A DNA stretch of 64,000 nt from assembly GCA_948665475.1 (NCBI GenBank), contig CAPNHY010000008.1:5928-69927 (forward strand), written 5' to 3'. This document shows positions 12,330-21,371 of the stretch, in pieces (the first letter of the stretch is position 1; each line of letters opens with the position of its first letter). Source of the stretch: an uncultured Muribaculaceae bacterium. GTDB taxonomy: Bacteria; Bacteroidota; Bacteroidia; Bacteroidales; Muribaculaceae. A program made the position numbers and the translations under genes. Under the pieces are notes generated by a model, which saw only the letters and a list, made by a program, of their open reading frames with translations, had not been told where the DNA came from and ran no database searches.

Positions 12330-13157
12330 ATGAAAAAACTGATTTTTTACGCCGTGGGTACGGCGCTGCTTGCCGCAGGTGCCGCATCGTGCGGACATGG
12401 GGCCGACGATCGCCGCGTGGAGTTCCGAGTGGCCGAGCACGGCAGTTCGTTCCGCCTGCTCAACTCGGCTGCGGAGTTCGGCAGCGAGGAGGACATGATA
12501 TTTGCCGATTCCGTGAATCTTGTGATTCCTATGCGTGTGTTCGGAGCCGACATCAATCCGCTGCTCGACAGCATCATGAGCCTTGCGTTCGACTCGGTGG
12601 GCGCCGATTTCGATGCCGTGATGCGCGACCATCTGCTCTCCACTGCCTCCGGGATAGGTTATGCCGTGGAGCCGGTGGACACTACGGCAGCCGACGGCTT
12701 CAACGTAGTCACGGGTACGGTGGTGAACCTCAGCCCCGAGCTTCTGGTCTACTGCGTGACTACCTCGGAGTATCCGCCAGCCGCCGCGCACGGCATGACT
12801 ACGAGCTACTATGTTAATTATGATATGGCTTCGGGCCGGGTGCTGACACTGCGCGAGCTTTTCGACAACAAGCGTCTGACCGACCTTGCAGCCGCCATAC
12901 AGACACAGGCCGACGCCCTTGAGCAGATCATCGGCCCCACGGGTATTACGGAGCTGCCGTCGCACGACAACTTCATGTTGTCGCCGTCCGGCGAGATAGT
13001 TTTCGTCTATCAGCCCTACGAGGCGGCAAGCTTCGCGCAGGGCGCCATCAAGGTGTCGTTCTATCCCTATGAACTCGTGGACTACATGACGCCTTTCGGC
13101 AAGAAATATTTCCGCCTCGCCGACTTCGACAACGGGTCGGGACAGGTGAACGGGTGA
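12330..13157 (+). CDS. DUF3298/RsiV-like lipoprotein
   Basis: Lipobox-like AASC; AAHGMTT, FVYQPYEAASFAQG motifs. Confidence 0.75.
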   Translation: MKKLIFYAVGTALLAAGAASCGHGADDRRVEFRVAEHGSSFRLLNSAAEFGSEEDMIFADSVNLVIPMRVFGADINPLLDSIMSLAFDSVGADFDAVMRDHLLSTASGIGYAVEPVDTTAADGFNVVTGTVVNLSPELLVYCVTTSEYPPAAAHGMTTSYYVNYDMASGRVLTLRELFDNKRLTDLAAAIQTQADALEQIIGPTGITELPSHDNFMLSPSGEIVFVYQPYEAASFAQGAIKVSFYPYELVDYMTPFGKKYFRLADFDNGSGQVNG

Positions 13158-13249
13158 TATTTTTAACGCTTTTTAACGCTGCTGCCTGCAATTTTGCATG
13201 GGCGGTGGCGTCTAATTGATAAAAACAATACATCATTTATAAACATCAC

Positions 13250-16075
13250 ATGAAAAAAGTAATCAAGAGCGTATTGCTGATGCTGGCTGTGGCTTTCGCA
13301 GGCGGCACAGTGTCGGCCCAGATGCCGGAGCTCCCGCAGATTCCCGTCGACACGGCCGTAATCACCGGTCGCCTCGACAACGGACTCACCTACTACATCC
13401 GCCACAACGAGACCCCGAAGGGTCAGGCCGACTTCTACATCGCGCAGAAGGTCGGCTCGGTGCTGGAAGAAGAAAACCAGCGCGGCCTCGCGCACTTCCT
13501 GGAGCACATGTGCTTCAACGGCACCAAGAACTTCCCCGGCAACAATGTCGTGGACTGGCTTGAGAGCGTGGGCGTGAAATTCGGCTACAACCTGAATGCC
13601 TATACCGGTGTGGACGAGACCGTCTACAACATTTCCAGCGTGCCCACCGCCCGCGAGAGCGTGCAGGACAGCTGTCTGCTCATCCTCCACGACTGGGCCA
13701 ACGACCTGCTGCTCGACCCCGAGGAAATAAACAAGGAACGCGGCGTGATCCTCGAGGAGTGGCGCCGCAGCATGCAGGGCAGCATGCGCATTATCGAGAA
13801 TATCCTGCCCGTCATGTATCCCGATTCGCGCTACGGCCACCGTCTGCCCATCGGCACGATGGAGGTTGTGGACAACTTCGACCCGCAGGTGCTCCGCGAC
13901 TATTATCACAAATGGTACCGCCCCGACCAGCAGGGTATCATCGTGGTCGGCGACATCAATCCCGCCCGCATCGAGGCCAAAATCAAGGAACTCTTCGGCG
14001 GCATCAAGATGCCCGAGAACGCAGCCGATCGCGTGTACTTCGACGTGCCCGACAACGAGGGCACAATCTATGCCATCGGCAAGGACAAGGAGATGCCTGC
14101 GGCCGCTTTCATGATGTTCTTCAAGAGCGACAAGCTGCCCCGCGAGATGCGCAACACTCCCATGTACTACCAGATGAAGTACATCACCGACATTGTCACC
14201 GACATGCTCGGCACACGCCTCGACGATGCCTCCAACAAGCCTGACGCTGACTTCGCCGGCGCCAGCATCTACTACGACGACTTCTTCCTTGCCAAGACCA
14301 AGGATGCCCTCTCCATCGAGGGCCGCCCGAAAGGCAATGACCTTCTGCCCGCCATCGAAGAGGTGTACCGCGAGCTGCTCCGCGCACAGCGCGGCGGCTT
14401 CACTCCCGGCGAATATGACCGCGCCAAGGCCGAGTACCTCTCGCGTCTGGAGAAGAAATACAACAACCGCAACAAGACCGAGAACGACACCTACAGCCAT
14501 GAAATAGTGCGCAGCTTCATCGACGGCACTCCGCTGGCCGGCATCGAGGCCGACTATCAGGTGTACACGCAGCTGGCAAACATGATTCCCGTAGAGGCCA
14601 TCAACCAGATGCTCCCGGAGCTTATCACGGCCAATAACCGCGTGTTCGCAGCGCTGCTGCCCGACAATGATACTTTCCGCGTCCCCACTGAGGAAGAAGT
14701 AGCCGCCGTTATCGCCAAGGTTGACGCCGAGGAAATCGAGCCCTACCGCGACGAGATGAAGAGCGAGCCCCTCATTCCCTCTCTGCCTGCACCCGGCAAA
14801 ATAACCGCCACCCGCACTCTGGAGCAGTGGGGCGCCACCGAGTTTACTCTCAGCAACGGCGTCAAGGTGATTGTCAAGCCCACCGAGTTCAACGACAACG
14901 AGATCATCTTCTCGGCTGTGGCCCGCGGCGGATTCAATACGCTTGACCCCGCCAATGCCGCCAGCGTCAAGTTCATGCCCTACGCCATCAGCAACTACGG
15001 CCTCGGCACCTACAACAACAGCGACATGAAGAAGTATCTTCAGGGCCGTCAGGTGAAGGTGGCACCCGAAGTCAGCGAATACTACCGCAGCATCGAGGGC
15101 TCAAGCACCGTCAAGGACCTGCCCGTGATGATGGAGATGATCTACATGACCTTCAAGGACTACAACATCACTCCCGACGACTTCAGCGCCATCCAGGGCA
15201 ACATCATAGGCATCCTCGGCAATCAGGAGGCGCAGCCGCAGTATATCTTCGCCAAGCGCGCCACCGCCGCCACCTATGCATCGCCCCTGGTGCAGGTACT
15301 CGGCACCGACGACATCCGCAACGCCAAGCGTGAGGTGATCCTCGACATCCTCCACGGCTTCACCGCCAACGCCGCCGACTATACCTTCGTCTTCACCGGC
15401 TGCATCAACCTCGAGCAGTTCAAGCCCATGCTCGAGCAGTATATCGCCACTCTGCCCGCCGACGCTGCTACGGCCAATACCGCCATGCCGGCCGTGAACC
15501 CTGCGCTCGAACCCACAAAGGGCAACGCTACCGACGAAAGCACCACGGCCATGGAGACTCCTCAGCCCTGGATCATGGTAGCTGTAAGCGGTCATGAGGA
15601 CTTCACGCCCCGCAACCGCATGCTCACCCGTATTGCCTCGCAGATTCTGAGCAACCGTCTCCTCAAGAAGGTGCGCGAGGAAATGGGCGCCACCTACAGC
15701 ATCGGCGCTTACGGCCAGATGGCGCGTGTGGCCGACGAGAACGTGTTCATGCAGATTCCTTTCCCCACCAAGCCCGAAGTAAGGGATGAAGTGCTGACTG
15801 TTGTCTCCGACATCGTTCGTGGAATGGGCGAGAACGTGGCCGACGACGAGCTCAACCCCATCAAGGAGTTCATGCTCAAGGACGCCGTGGAGAGCCGCGA
15901 GAAGAACGACGCCTGGAGTGGTGCCATCACCGGCAGCCTCGTGAACGGAGTCGACACATTCAACGGTATCGACGAGGTAATCAAGGCTGTCACCACCGAC
16001 GACGTCAAGGCCTTCATGAAGAACCTGCTCGACCAGAACAACTATCGCGTAGTCATCCTCGACCCCGCGAAGTAA
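13250..16075 (+). CDS. M16 (insulinase/PqqL-like) zinc protease, secreted
   Basis: Signal peptide; GLAHFLEHMCFNGT (HxxEH); VREEMGATY. Confidence 0.93.
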   Translation: MKKVIKSVLLMLAVAFAGGTVSAQMPELPQIPVDTAVITGRLDNGLTYYIRHNETPKGQADFYIAQKVGSVLEEENQRGLAHFLEHMCFNGTKNFPGNNVVDWLESVGVKFGYNLNAYTGVDETVYNISSVPTARESVQDSCLLILHDWANDLLLDPEEINKERGVILEEWRRSMQGSMRIIENILPVMYPDSRYGHRLPIGTMEVVDNFDPQVLRDYYHKWYRPDQQGIIVVGDINPARIEAKIKELFGGIKMPENAADRVYFDVPDNEGTIYAIGKDKEMPAAAFMMFFKSDKLPREMRNTPMYYQMKYITDIVTDMLGTRLDDASNKPDADFAGASIYYDDFFLAKTKDALSIEGRPKGNDLLPAIEEVYRELLRAQRGGFTPGEYDRAKAEYLSRLEKKYNNRNKTENDTYSHEIVRSFIDGTPLAGIEADYQVYTQLANMIPVEAINQMLPELITANNRVFAALLPDNDTFRVPTEEEVAAVIAKVDAEEIEPYRDEMKSEPLIPSLPAPGKITATRTLEQWGATEFTLSNGVKVIVKPTEFNDNEIIFSAVARGGFNTLDPANAASVKFMPYAISNYGLGTYNNSDMKKYLQGRQVKVAPEVSEYYRSIEGSSTVKDLPVMMEMIYMTFKDYNITPDDFSAIQGNIIGILGNQEAQPQYIFAKRATAATYASPLVQVLGTDDIRNAKREVILDILHGFTANAADYTFVFTGCINLEQFKPMLEQYIATLPADAATANTAMPAVNPALEPTKGNATDESTTAMETPQPWIMVAVSGHEDFTPRNRMLTRIASQILSNRLLKKVREEMGATYSIGAYGQMARVADENVFMQIPFPTKPEVRDEVLTVVSDIVRGMGENVADDELNPIKEFMLKDAVESREKNDAWSGAITGSLVNGVDTFNGIDEVIKAVTTDDVKAFMKNLLDQNNYRVVILDPAK

Positions 16076-16097
16076 TCTCCCCCGCAAGAAGCTAAAA

Positions 16098-16145
16098 GAG
16101 CCGCCCGGTATCCTGCTGATGGATGCCGGGCGGCTTCGTCTTTAT
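16098..16145 (+). terminator. Intrinsic terminator hairpin between the convergent M16 peptidase and radA genes
   Basis: GAGCCGCCCGGTATCC...GGATGCCGGGCGGCTT followed by T-rich tract. Confidence 0.8.
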
Positions 16146-16233
16146 TCAGTTTATGTATCTATACTGAATAAAAAAGTAACTATTTTATTCAATACAGTGT
16201 TTTTATTGAATAAAATCTCTGAAAATATTTTTT

Positions 16234-17604
16234 TTACCCGAAGACGGCGCGGAAAGCTTCTTCGACTTTTGCCACTTCGTGGATGTTGATGCCGGCACGG
16301 TCGCGGTCGAAGCCTTTGAGATTGCCTGCGGGCACGAGGATGTCGGTCATGCCGAGCTTGGCTGCCTCGCCGATGCGCTGTTCTATGCGCGTGACGGGGC
16401 GTATCTCGCCAGTCAGGCCTACTTCGCCTGTCATGCACCAGCCTTTGGGGATGGCCATGTCTACGTTGCTGGAGAGTATGGCGCAGATGACGCCGAGGTC
16501 GAGCGCGGGGTCGTTGACGCGCAGGCCGCCGGCGATGTTGAGGAAGACGTCTTTCTGCGCGAGCTTGAAGCCCACCCGCTTCTCAAGTACGGCGAGCAGC
16601 ATGTTCATGCGTTTGGAGTCGAAGCCGGTGACGGAACGCTGGGCGGTGCCGTAGGCGGCGGTACTTACGAGCGCCTGCACTTCGATAAGGAATGGACGGG
16701 CGCCGTCAACGGTGACGCCTATCGCTACGCCGCTTAGGGATTCGGCGCTGTGGCTCAGGAGCATTTCCGACGGATTGGTGACTTCGCGCAGGCCGCTGCG
16801 CGCCATCTCGTAGATGCCTAGCTCGGAGGTGCTTCCGAAGCGGTTCTTGATAGGGCGCAGGATACGGTACATGTACTGGCTGTCGCCCTCGAACTGGAGC
16901 ACGGCGTCGACGATGTGTTCCAGCACCTTGGGGCCGGCGAGAGTGCCGTCTTTGGTGATGTGGCCTATCATCAGCACCGGCACATTGCTTTCCTTGGCAT
17001 ATTTGAGCAGCCGTGCGGCGCATTCGCGCACCTGACCCACGCTGCCGGCCGCCGAGTCAATCGCGTCAGAGGCGATGGTCTGTATAGAGTCGACCACGAG
17101 AATCGAGGGCTGCACGGCGTCGATGTGGTCCATGATGTTCTCGAGGGATGTCTCGCAGACGATGAACACGTTGTCGGAGCCGCGGCCTATGCGGTCGGCT
17201 CGCAGTTTAAGCTGTGTGGCGCTTTCCTCGCCGCTGACGTAGAGTATGGTGCGCGACTTGATGGCGAGCAGGTTCTGAAGCACGAGCGTGCTCTTGCCTA
17301 TGCCGGGTTCACCGCCGATAAGTACCAGCGAGCCGTTGACGAGGCCACCGCCCAGCACACGGTTGAGTTCCTTGCTGGGCATTAGGATGCGGGGCTCGTT
17401 GAGGGCCTCGATGTCGTTTACTGCCACCGCCTGCGCGGGCCTGGCGCGTCGTGTGGAGGATTTGGAGGCAGCCGGAGCCGCAGCTACGCGTTCCTCCACC
17501 ATTGTATTCCATGCTCCGCAGGCCGGGCAGCGTCCCTGCCATTTGGGCGATTCTGCTCCGCACTGGCTGCAGAACCATGCGGTCTTGACTGTTTTCTTTG
17601 CCAT
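16234..17604 (-). CDS. radA: DNA repair protein RadA/Sms
   Basis: CSQCG..CPAC zinc finger, GGEPGIGKST, KNRFG motif. Confidence 0.97.
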   Translation of the reverse strand: MAKKTVKTAWFCSQCGAESPKWQGRCPACGAWNTMVEERVAAAPAASKSSTRRARPAQAVAVNDIEALNEPRILMPSKELNRVLGGGLVNGSLVLIGGEPGIGKSTLVLQNLLAIKSRTILYVSGEESATQLKLRADRIGRGSDNVFIVCETSLENIMDHIDAVQPSILVVDSIQTIASDAIDSAAGSVGQVRECAARLLKYAKESNVPVLMIGHITKDGTLAGPKVLEHIVDAVLQFEGDSQYMYRILRPIKNRFGSTSELGIYEMARSGLREVTNPSEMLLSHSAESLSGVAIGVTVDGARPFLIEVQALVSTAAYGTAQRSVTGFDSKRMNMLLAVLEKRVGFKLAQKDVFLNIAGGLRVNDPALDLGVICAILSSNVDMAIPKGWCMTGEVGLTGEIRPVTRIEQRIGEAAKLGMTDILVPAGNLKGFDRDRAGINIHEVAKVEEAFRAVFG

Positions 17605-17609
17605 AGGTA

Positions 17610-18377
17610 TCAGCGTGTAAAGCGCGCGGCGCGCATCTGTGCCATTGCGATGGCGGCAGCTACGCCTACGTTGAGGCTCTCCGATGTGGGGCGCCCGGGT
17701 GGATAGCTGGGAATGGTGATTCGGCGTGTCACGCAGGCGGCTACGCCGTCGGAGATGCCGCGTCCTTCGTTGCCGAGCACGAGCACGCCACCGCCGTCAA
17801 GCCCGGGGGCGGTGTAGATGTTCTCGCCGTTCAGGAATGTTCCGAATACAGGGAGGCCTTGCGGCAGGGAGTGCAGCGTGGCTGGCAGGTCGCAGTAATG
17901 CACACGCACGCGAGAGATGGCTCCCATGGTGGCCTGGATGGCCTTGGTACTGAAGATGTCGGCAGTGTCGTGCGAGGCGAGGATGGTGTCGACGCCCATC
18001 CAGTCGGCGGCGCGTACTATCGTGCCGAGGTTGCCGGGATCCTGCACGCAGTCGAGTGCCAGCGTGATGTCGTCGTGGCGGATGACGGGCGGCACCGTCT
18101 CGGGTATATGGTAGACGGCTATCACGGGCGGCGGCGTTGACAGGGCCGACATTCGCTCCATGTCGGGACGCCGGGCTATGACGATTGCGTCGTGTGGAGC
18201 TGTATCGGGATGTTCTTCGAGCCATGCGGCCGTGGCGACGAGGCAATGCAGGCGGAACGCACCGAGGGTGTCGAGCACGCATTTGGTGCCTTCGGCGGCA
18301 AAGAGTCCCGCCTCGCGCCGGTGGCGCGCCGAGGCGAGCGATGCTATGGTCTTGCGCAGCGAAGCCGTCAGTTCCAT
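17610..18377 (-). CDS. TrmH/SpoU family RNA methyltransferase
   Basis: QDPGNLGTIVR, VLGNEGRGIS, ESLNVGVA SPOUT motifs. Confidence 0.93.
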   Translation of the reverse strand: MELTASLRKTIASLASARHRREAGLFAAEGTKCVLDTLGAFRLHCLVATAAWLEEHPDTAPHDAIVIARRPDMERMSALSTPPPVIAVYHIPETVPPVIRHDDITLALDCVQDPGNLGTIVRAADWMGVDTILASHDTADIFSTKAIQATMGAISRVRVHYCDLPATLHSLPQGLPVFGTFLNGENIYTAPGLDGGGVLVLGNEGRGISDGVAACVTRRITIPSYPPGRPTSESLNVGVAAAIAMAQMRAARFTR

Positions 18378-20035
18378 CAGTGCTGGTAGAGATAGCGCTT
18401 GATGGAGCGCTTGGGTGTTTTCTCGAATTCCTCGTTGAGCATGCGCATGCGGCTGACGCGGCTGTAGGCCGGCAGCTCGTCGTTGAGCTGCTCGATGTTG
18501 CGGTTCATCTGCTGCTCTATCTGCCTGTCGTCGAGACCTGCCTTGTGAGCTGTGTCGAAGTCGGGGTAGATGAGGGCCACGAGTTTGTTGTCGTCGTCGA
18601 CTACGAGGCTTTCGGCCACGTAGAGCATGCTGTTGAGCTTCTGCTCTATCTCCTCGGGGTATATGTTCTGTCCGCTGGGACCGAGTATCATGCTTTTGTC
18701 ACGTCCGCGTATGGTGAGGTATCCGTCCTCGTCCATGCTGCATATGTCGCCGGTGTTGAGCCAGCCGTCCTTGTCGAGGGCCTGGGCTGTGGCCTCGGGG
18801 TTCTTGTAGTAGCCTTTCATGACGTTGGCGCCGCGCACGTACAGCACTCCCGGCTTCCGGGCGGGGTCGGGCGAGTCGATGCGTGCCTCCATGCGTGCGG
18901 CGAGCTGTCCGCACGAGCCGGGGCGTTGTTTGTCCCACGGGCTGTAGGTTATGAGTGGCGCGCATTCGGTCATGCCGTAGCCTACGGTGAAGGGGAAGTG
19001 TATGCGGCGCAGGAATGCTTCTACGTCGGAGTTCAGAGGTGCACCTCCGATTATCATCTCGTGCAGATTGCCGCCGAAGGTGGTCATGAGACGTTCCTTG
19101 ATTTTGTCGAGCAGATGGTCGTCGACAAGCGGGATGTGCATCAGTATCTTCATCAGCGGCTTGTCGAGCAGGGGGAAGACGCGCGTGCGGATGATCTTGT
19201 CGAGAATCAGCGGCACGGTGATGATGAGCTTCGGGTGGACGGTGGCGAAAGCGTCCATGATGATCTTCGGCGATGGGGTGCGCGTGAGGAAGTAGATGTG
19301 GCAGCCCTTGACGAAGGTGTGTATCATCTCGAACACGAGGCCGTACATGTGGGCCAGCGGCAGCATGCACACCATGCCGTCGCCGGGCTTCAGGAAGGTG
19401 AGGTCGTCGATGGCGTAACGGATGTTGCTCCAGAGGTTGCCATAGGTGAGCATGACGCCTTTGCTGAAGCCTGTGGAGCCGCTGGTGTAGTTGATGAGCG
19501 CGAGGGTATCGTGCGTGAACACGGGGTAGTCCACGTCGGCTGCCGTGAAGCGGTCGGGCCAGCGCTGGCCGAAAAGCTCGTTGAGGTGGGCGCGGGCCTC
19601 GGTCAGACGCCGGTCGCGGGAGAACAGCAGCGAGTAGTCGGCGATGAGCAGCGCACCCGTCAGCATGGGCATGGAATCAGGGTCGAGATTTTCCCAGATG
19701 GCTTCGTCTACGAAAAAGAGCTTGGCCTCGCTATGCGTGACGAGATGGTGGATGTTGTCGCTCTTGAAGTCGTGGAGGATGGGCACGGCCACGGCGCCGT
19801 AGGTGAGGCATGCGAGGGCTGCGATGGCCCACTGTGCGGAGTTGCGGCCGCAGAGGGCGACTTTGTCGCCCGGTTCGATGCCTATATGCTGGAAGAGTAT
19901 GTGCAGTTTTTCAATCTTGCGGGCTACATCGCGGTATTGGAACGAGACTCCGTGAAAGTCGGTGAGGGCGAGTTCTTCCCAGTTGTCGCGGATGGCGTCG
20001 CGGATGTATTCGTTGAGATGGTCGTATTTTTCCAT
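18377..20035 (-). CDS. Long-chain fatty acid--CoA ligase
   Basis: YTSGSTGFSKGVML, GYGMTECAP, WLNTGD motifs. Confidence 0.9.
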   Translation of the reverse strand: MEKYDHLNEYIRDAIRDNWEELALTDFHGVSFQYRDVARKIEKLHILFQHIGIEPGDKVALCGRNSAQWAIAALACLTYGAVAVPILHDFKSDNIHHLVTHSEAKLFFVDEAIWENLDPDSMPMLTGALLIADYSLLFSRDRRLTEARAHLNELFGQRWPDRFTAADVDYPVFTHDTLALINYTSGSTGFSKGVMLTYGNLWSNIRYAIDDLTFLKPGDGMVCMLPLAHMYGLVFEMIHTFVKGCHIYFLTRTPSPKIIMDAFATVHPKLIITVPLILDKIIRTRVFPLLDKPLMKILMHIPLVDDHLLDKIKERLMTTFGGNLHEMIIGGAPLNSDVEAFLRRIHFPFTVGYGMTECAPLITYSPWDKQRPGSCGQLAARMEARIDSPDPARKPGVLYVRGANVMKGYYKNPEATAQALDKDGWLNTGDICSMDEDGYLTIRGRDKSMILGPSGQNIYPEEIEQKLNSMLYVAESLVVDDDNKLVALIYPDFDTAHKAGLDDRQIEQQMNRNIEQLNDELPAYSRVSRMRMLNEEFEKTPKRSIKRYLYQH

Positions 20036-20159
20036 TGGATTCGGTGGGGGTTTGACCTATTTGTACGCAAAGTTAATCAGAATTTGCTGTTCTATCAATT
20101 ATTAACAGATAAAAAGTGCTGATTGTTGAAAAGACGGCATATGTGTCGGCTGAAAACGG

Positions 20160-20194
20160 CTGCGGGCGCCTCTGAATCACAGAGGCGCCCGCAG
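20160..20194 (-). terminator. Terminator-like hairpin after second skp
   Basis: Perfect 15-bp stem CTGCGGGCGCCTCTG/CAGAGGCGCCCGCAG. Confidence 0.75.
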
Positions 20195-20212
20195 TGTGAT
20201 GCCGGACGGTTT

Positions 20213-20719
20213 TTACTTGATGCCGAGCTTGGCTTTCACGGCGTTGGTGACGTCGGTGACGTCGCTGCCGGTGTAGAGCAGAAGGGCTTCTTCATGCGGG
20301 AAGATGAAGGTGTAGTTGCCTTCCTGACCAACAGCCTTGACTGCCTCGTTGATTTTCTGCTGGATGGGAGCCATGAGCTGTTCCTGAAGGCGTGCGAGAT
20401 CCTGGCTTGCGGTGTTGCGGAACTGCTGCACCTTCTGGTCGCGCTCCTGAAGCTCGTTGAGGCGGCGTTCCTTGATGGCGTCGGGGGTGGCGGGGTCTTT
20501 CTGGAGGTTCTGGTACTCGGTGAAGAGCTTGTCCACTTCCTCGCGGAGCTTGGCGAATTCGTCTTCGTATTTCTTGGAGGCCTCGGTCATCTGGGTCTGT
20601 GCGGTAGTCGTCTCAGGCATGGCCTGGAATACAGTTTCGATGTTGACTACGCCGAATTTCTGTGCGAAAGCAGAGAAAGGAAGCGCCACGATAGCGGCGA
20701 GAATGAGTTTCTTGATCAT
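20213..20719 (-). CDS. skp: OmpH/Skp periplasmic chaperone
   Basis: Signal peptide, AQKFGVVN start, coiled coil; downstream of bamA. Confidence 0.9.
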   Translation of the reverse strand: MIKKLILAAIVALPFSAFAQKFGVVNIETVFQAMPETTTAQTQMTEASKKYEDEFAKLREEVDKLFTEYQNLQKDPATPDAIKERRLNELQERDQKVQQFRNTASQDLARLQEQLMAPIQQKINEAVKAVGQEGNYTFIFPHEEALLLYTGSDVTDVTNAVKAKLGIK

Positions 20720-20789
20720 TTCTTGTATTTGGGTTTGATTGTTTCCGTGATTAAGCCATTCTGGTTATGCAGGGGCAAAGATAAGGAAT

Positions 20790-21305
20790 TTATTTGGAAT
20801 AACCTAAACGGGCCAGCACTTCGTTGCTGATGTCGATGCGTGGCGAGGCAAACACGATATCGCTGGACGACGCACGGTCGAACACGGCCTGATAGCCACG
20901 CTCCTCGCTCACTTTCTTGACGGCGTTGTACACATCGTCCTGGATGGGCTTGAGCAGGGTCTGGCGCTTCTGGTAGAGTTCGCCTTCCGGTCCGAAGTAT
21001 TTGAAGCGAAGCTCGGTGGCGGCTTTTTCCTTGGCGACTATTTCTTCTTCGCGTTTCTTCACCTGCTCGGGGGTGAGGAATACCTTGTCCGAGAGGTAGC
21101 TCTGGTACATGGCCTCAGCTTCCTTGCCGGCCTGCTCCACTTCGCGCTGCCAGCGCTGCGAGAGCTGGTTGAGCTGTTCGTTGGCCATCTCGTACTGGGG
21201 TACGTTCTGGAGGATGTAGTCCATGTCGACCATGGCGAACTTCTGAGCGCCGGCGGCGAATGTTGCGGCCAGTGCTATTGCGAGGGTGAGGATGAGTTTC
21301 TTCAT
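20790..21305 (-). CDS. skp: OmpH/Skp periplasmic chaperone
   Basis: AQKFAMVDMDYIL, YFGPEGEL, PRIDIS. Confidence 0.92.
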   Translation of the reverse strand: MKKLILTLAIALAATFAAGAQKFAMVDMDYILQNVPQYEMANEQLNQLSQRWQREVEQAGKEAEAMYQSYLSDKVFLTPEQVKKREEEIVAKEKAATELRFKYFGPEGELYQKRQTLLKPIQDDVYNAVKKVSEERGYQAVFDRASSSDIVFASPRIDISNEVLARLGYSK

Positions 21306-21371
21306 TTCTTCTTTTGTTTTAGGCGTTTTTAAACAGCATTTTATGTTTAGACGCTTTGGAGTACAAAAAGT